DNA of 64,000 nucleotides. Origin: Vitrella brassicaformis CCMP3155. Lineage: Eukaryota > Protista > Chromerida. Position 1 is the stretch's first letter. Each line of letters opens with the position of its first letter. Below, one piece after another: positions 57,300-64,000 of this stretch. The notes beneath the pieces are model-generated. The model was given only the letters and a program-made list of their open reading frames with translations. It was not told the DNA's origin and made no database searches. Location: positions 74,543 through 138,542 of the forward strand of contig CDMY01000279.1 of NCBI GenBank assembly GCA_001179505.1. Direction: 5' to 3'. A program made the position numbers and the translations under genes.

Positions 57300-59750
57300 T
57301 GAAGAACAGAAGGAAAGAGCGGGGTTTGCGGTGGGCGGTGGAGGCGCGAGGCCCTATTGGAGCGCTTGCAGGCAAGGATCAAAACCATGAAAATCGACTT
57401 TCGTTGCTTTCGTCAAAGCTTGAAGCAACATTCACGATGACCTGTTGGACCTTGCGAATAGCATTTTTCTTAACGAAGACAGCCATGGCAAGGCGAGACA
57501 TCTCAGATCCCACTTCACTCCGTCTTTATCGCTTAGTTATTTGACTGACTCCTTCCTTTACAAAGCCCTCGCTCTTCGCAGCGAGGCGAACGAGAGGTTG
57601 CCTCTTAAGGACAACATTCCTTACAGCTCGACGCTTTGCACGTAAGCCATGGAGGGGATGGCTGAGCAAAAGCAGCCTGTCAGATAGTGTCGTGTTTGTT
57701 TCACTCTCTGCAGGCCGTCGGGGTCTAAAGGGGGCCAGTCTCCGGACCGAAAGAATCCCCAGACACCGAGACAGAACAAACCCAAGCAGGCCGGCCCATC
57801 GAGGAGTGTTGAGTGATCAAGACTGAATGTGATCAAGACATTCAGTCTTGGTGTATGTCTCGTTCGTACGGTCGCGAAGAGCTTCGAGTGCTTTTCCATG
57901 ACACGGTGAGGTCCGCAACCAACAACTGCAAATCCATTTAAGGGCCACAGAGGATGTGCAAATCGCAAATCGATGCACGCTGGTGCGGGAATGGAGAGGC
58001 AATATCTCTCTTTTAAGAGGACGAAGACTGCGAAGTAGCGGTAACAAACGTCATCATTCTTCCGCTTGTCTCTTCGGATTGTTGAAAGACTTTTTTGGGT
58101 CCGTTCAGCAAGCGCGACGCCGCACAACTGTATGAAGGGTCTGAACGAGCAGGCCGTCATCAGCACTAGCACTATCTCGTCTTTCTCGCCCTTCTCGCCG
58201 TTGCTTCAGAATGGTTCCTCATTCTTCCTCGACCGTATTTTCACGGAGATTTGTCCTTATTAACAGAACCAATACAATCTAACGCCGTTTTCCTCGGTCG
58301 CTGTCGAAAGAAAAGTCCTTCTGATTTGAAAGCGCGACCGATTTGAGGTTGAGGTTTTCGTCTAGCTATCAACAAATTGGGGTCCAAAACCTGCTCCACT
58401 CCAAAATCTCGCGGGTCTGTCATACCCACCTCGACCGTCACGGAACAAAAGAATATCTGACGCAACGGCGGCCTTGAACAATATATTCCGCAACAGTTCC
58501 GCAGTTGGCGTCTTTTGCAAAGAGCTCGTACCCTTTTTTCGTGCTCGATGTCGCGTTTCTTTGGAGGGATTGCAGCGCATGTCGAGCATGAAGAAACCAG
58601 ATTAATCGAAAAGAAGGTTTCCGCAACTTCTTGTCCCTCTGTTTGTCTTGCGGGGCCGCCGTCGACGGGGAGACAACAACTGACTACAAGAGACATAACT
58701 GACACCTGCATCTCTGCATCTGCCTCCGATCGATCGGTTGATACCTGCCGAGGATCGTACACATCAGCGCATCAGCGGATTGTCGGGCAACCTTCATCTT
58801 TCGATACGTATGAGACAGATGAGTCGGCATCGTGCTTTTGTTTTCAATTCATACACAACTCGGGTTTTCTCCTTGGTCCGTTGCTTATCAAAGGCTCTTG
58901 CGGCAGACCGCTGTTTCCGCCCGATACAACGAGTTTGTCGTCAAACTGCTTTGTCCTTAGTTTGGCGGAGCGAAGCGGGCGCACAAGAAGTCCAACATGG
59001 ACAAATAGCCGACTGATGAGAAAGACAAACAGCTATAAACCACTCAACGCACGCGACCCCAAGTAAAGAAACAAGCATGGCTCAAAAGTGCATATTGGAG
59101 CCTTGAGTATCAACACGAGAGCAACTGCCTCGAGAAAAAGAAGAAAAAGGACGAAAAAAAGAATGAAAAAGGAAAAGAAAAAAGAGAAAGAAAGAAAGAA
59201 AGAAAGAATGAAAGAGAAAAAACATGTCGATGGATATGAAAGCCGTCTCTGGGCCGAAGTGGCACAAATGGTTGTTCGGGAGAAAACGCAAGAAAACGCC
59301 AGTGAAACATGCACTCATCAGTGGCGCATGGATTAATAGACTCGACTGATGAGTCTAGCAACTTCGCAACTTCACCCGTCTTTCTGACATTCCTCATAGA
59401 GCTGATGGCGACTTTGTTTGTATTGGGGAAGCAAGCGTCAGAAACGCTTTTATCCTTACGCAAAGGTAACTTAAGGAGCCCAGAGCAGCCCGCCGAGGGT
59501 CTCGATTCTACTTACGGAATCGGACCATTTCCTCCTTGCTTCCCATTTACCCACTTTACGCTGGATGGTGTGGTGCGGGCGTTTCGGGGCACGCAATAGG
59601 AACGGAAAACAAAAAAATTCTTTGTTTGCATGGGAGTCGTCAAAAAAGGTTTCCTAAGGGCTGAATTTCCTCCGGAGGTCATTATCAGTTCCTTGTCGTA
59701 ACTCATCAACAGCCCAGCCCACGTCGTGCCCTGCCCTGTCTGTCTGTCTG
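57300..59750 (+). mobile_element. Probable heavily decayed Ty3/gypsy LTR-retrotransposon pol fragment (integrase core + GPY/F region)
   Basis: Visibly AT-richer block without intron-type microsatellites. In the expected order across broken frames: KPAPLQNL (~58385), ARTLFSCSMSRFFGGI (~58520), EDRTHQRI (~58750), AFVFNS/IHTQLGFSPWSVAY (~58834-58890), LLSLRKGNL...LDSTYGIGPF (~59445-59530). No LTR pair was identified, and the boundaries are uncertain. Confidence 0.45.
59135..59222 (+). repeat. Purine-only (A/G)-rich low-complexity tract including (GAAA)n
   Basis: aaaaagaagaaaaagg...gaaagaaagaaagaaagaatgaaagagaaaa. Confidence 0.85.
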
Positions 59751-61049
59751 TTTGCCTGACCGATAGTTTTCCTTACCTTTTTTTTCGCGCATGTCGACAG
59801 ATTTCGTTCGCGTTAGCGTTCACTCAACCATGCGCTATCTGTGCGGGTGAGCTGAGAGGTGAGAGGAGGTTTGGTGCAGCGACAACGTGTTTCGTAAAGG
59901 CCTTGAAAGTGCAATTTAATGCTTCTCGGCCTATTGTCATGGACATTATCTCCCACACTACACCGACGATGCGTCATTGCCCTTGTCTCCCACATCTTTT
60001 TGCATTACATCAATTCTTGGCGCATGCTGCTTGGCCGGTACTATGTTTTGTTAAGTCTAATTCGACGGCTCGTATGTCTTTCGTTTAGCATAAGAGAATA
60101 GCATAAAGGAATTGCTGCTGTGGCCGCTCAGTTAAAATGCGTGGCCGATTCGGTCGCGTTTCTCGACTGTTAGCAATGCGTCTCACCGGTTGTCTCTTTG
60201 TTGGCTCCATGGAAGACTTGCTTACGTGTTCGTTGTCAACAAGTTAAACGCATTCCAACTGCTTGTCTGTGTTGTCCTCACCAAATCTATGACACAAGCT
60301 GCACACTTTGTCGAGCTGCGTGGTGCTGGGAAACTTCTTTACGTGTGTGGGTTTGTTTTGCTAGCCAGCAGCCGAGGTAAAAGGAGGATTATCCGTTCAG
60401 CAGCACTCTTGACCCTACAAACGGCACGTCTCACCGTGCTGTGAGACTGTTGCAAACGCGCGGACAAACATTTCAGCCTTTATCTTTCCTTTTTTGTCCC
60501 TCTTTGCAGGACCATCCCGCAGTCGCGCACACTATCAGTGTTCAAAACAAGTTGAAACATCAGCATGTTTCACTTACGTTTATGCATTTATACAGATATA
60601 GACAGGTATGCAAACACGTGCGTCAGATCTGGCATGCCAGTGAGAGCCAAAACATACGGCGTCGCCCTCTATATCCCAAATAGCTTCCCATTGTAGGTCA
60701 CGAGGCACTCCAGCACAGTAAATGTTTGCATACTCGATAGGAATATTCGTCTAAGCGCAGCCATCACCACGAGCATCCCCTGCTGCGGCCGCACGCAAGC
60801 GAGTCCCTCTCTGTTTTGCGCAGCCATATCTGCTCTCGTCAAGAGCCGGCTTGTGAGAAAAAAAACAAAAAACAGAGCACTTTCCCGTGACCAATATACA
60901 GAATTATACTGCGTGCGATTCAGACGAAAACAGCTTGCCAGGCAGGCAGTCAGTCGCTCGCAATGCACTCAATTATTGTACTTGCCCGTCCAGGCACCTA
61001 CCTGCAGGAGTCACATGATCACAAATATGCGGACAGAAATCCGGCTCCG

Positions 61050-61980
61050 CCTCACGCTCTCCATTGCCGCCACTGGTGGCTGCTGCTGCTGCCATCCTGA
61101 ACCGATACACATTCCACACACATGCGATGTCTGCTTTCATTGCAATGGCCCGCCGTCATACTGGTTCTAAAGGTGCTCGCTCTGTCCGTGCCCCTGTCTC
61201 TGTCTTCTTGGCCTCCACCTGAGCACCCGCACACACCAACTCCAACGACAGACACTGCAGACGCATATCCGCGGATCACACACCTGCCGCTGTAGGTCCC
61301 GTCTGTGTGCCCAGGTGCAAACTGCAACTCCTCAAACTGCACCACACACGTGTCCACGCCAAACACAGATGGACAGAGAATGTGTCTTTTTCTGTATCAG
61401 TCGAACTTTGTCTTGGCTGCTTACCTCGTCACAGCGATGCCGGCGTCTTCAGTAAAGTCGTTTTTGAGACCCACAGCAGCAGCAGCACTGATGGACGAGG
61501 AGACTCCCCTCGTGCCTCCGATACTTACGTAGCTGAGCCCCCCTGAGCAGCGGATCGGCCGATACCACACATACAGACACATGCAGACTGCAGACAGACA
61601 GACAGACATGGGTTTACCTACTCTTTCTTGCAGGTCAGGCAAGGTCAGCCGTTTCATGCGATGTCGGCCTCCTCGTCCGTGATGACCCCGGGCAAAAAGC
61701 CGTGCGCAAAGGTGCACTGACCACACACCCGCACTATTAACTCCTCATTTGTTTCCGGTGGAGGCAGTGGTTGGGGTGCATCCACTGCCTGGAGGCCGGT
61801 AGAGGTGGGGGGGGCAGCGCGTCATCCAAGGCAGTGGCCGCGCTTCCCTGCGCACGTCTCCCATCAGCAGCCACAGCCTTCCGTACTCGTGCCCAGCTGG
61901 GGCATCCGGTGCATGAATGCGATCCTTCTGAAGCATCGCGAGCTTTGCAGCTGCGATTTGGAGATCTGGCACTTCATTCT
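61050..61980 (-). other. Possible spliced gene or pseudogene of unknown function, divergent from CPOX
   Basis: Exon-like blocks with GT-AG borders (...MKRLTLPDLQER|, GLSYVSIGGTRG...GIAVTR|, FEELQFAPGHTDGTYSGRCVIRGYASA), but I could not build a single open frame. Confidence 0.25.
61937..61946 (+). promoter_or_regulatory. Candidate promoter motif CGCGAGCTTT upstream of CPOX
   Basis: Read directly; ~215 nt upstream of ATG 62162. Confidence 0.35.
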
Positions 61981-62161
61981 CTCTTGCCTCCAGATCTGTG
62001 CGGCACCAGGCTTCTTCACCTTACCGAGTGCTCTGCCTGCCTGCTCAACTCGCCATAGACGGAAAACTCGAAAGATCAGCATCCATCAGGTGAGAAGAAG
62101 CGAATGCAGTGCTGTGTCGGGCCATCATTGTCCCTGCACGAATGCCCTACAGGTTCCCACC

Positions 62162-63926
<1,765 letters not shown>

Positions 63927-64000
63927 GAATCAACGACCAGAGAGCAAGTAGATGGGAGCGTGGCGTACGCAAGAGAGTGCACACATGCGAGTAGGTTGCC

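Noticed and set aside
57621-58172. Minus-strand ORF with GPHRVME (GPY/F-like) and FGVEQVLD (chromodomain-like, ~58400)
   Set aside because: The order is wrong for a minus-strand pol gene, and the plus strand gives a more coherent integrase motif series.
59512-59709. MSYDKELI as a gypsy RNase H YDKEL motif on the minus strand
   Set aside because: It is an isolated five-residue match with no flanking RNase H motifs, and it lies on the opposite strand to the integrase-like series.

Overview
Eukaryotic, GC-rich, gene-dense DNA with many short (~70-130 nt) GT-AG introns full of (GT)n/(CA)n/(CAGA)n/(GGAT)n microsatellites. This style, together with lineage-specific 'hypothetical' gene families and signal-peptide+Phe plastid presequences, points to a chromerid alveolate, most likely Vitrella brassicaformis (inference). 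All gene models were spliced by eye, so exon boundaries are approximate. Recognisable genes: MCTP-like C-terminus, RlmL-type THUMP RNA methyltransferase, divergent HIBCH/enoyl-CoA-hydratase-fold protein, UFD2/UBE4 U-box ligase, PH-domain protein, selenoprotein K, ATG12, inositol monophosphatase, EGLN/P4H-like 2OG-Fe(II) dioxygenase, PA2G4/EBP1, AP-3 delta and plastid-targeted coproporphyrinogen oxidase. Decayed loci: two tandem USP C-terminal pseudogene copies, ankyrin and DDB1-like fragments, a frameshifted otubain-RING(-kinase) locus and a probable Ty3/gypsy relic. Best observations: (1) a SelK gene ending GGGG-UGA-R-UAA with a well-formed form-2 SECIS, which the ORF track truncates at the UGA; (2) a motif YGCGAGCTW found, in my manual scan, only just upstream of gene starts, mostly in short bidirectional promoters; (3) ATG12 lacking its C-terminal Gly; (4) an OTU deubiquitinase spliceable to a RING finger and a kinase-like C-lobe; (5) a catalytically degenerate HIBCH homologue; (6) an AP-3 delta that stops after the trunk.
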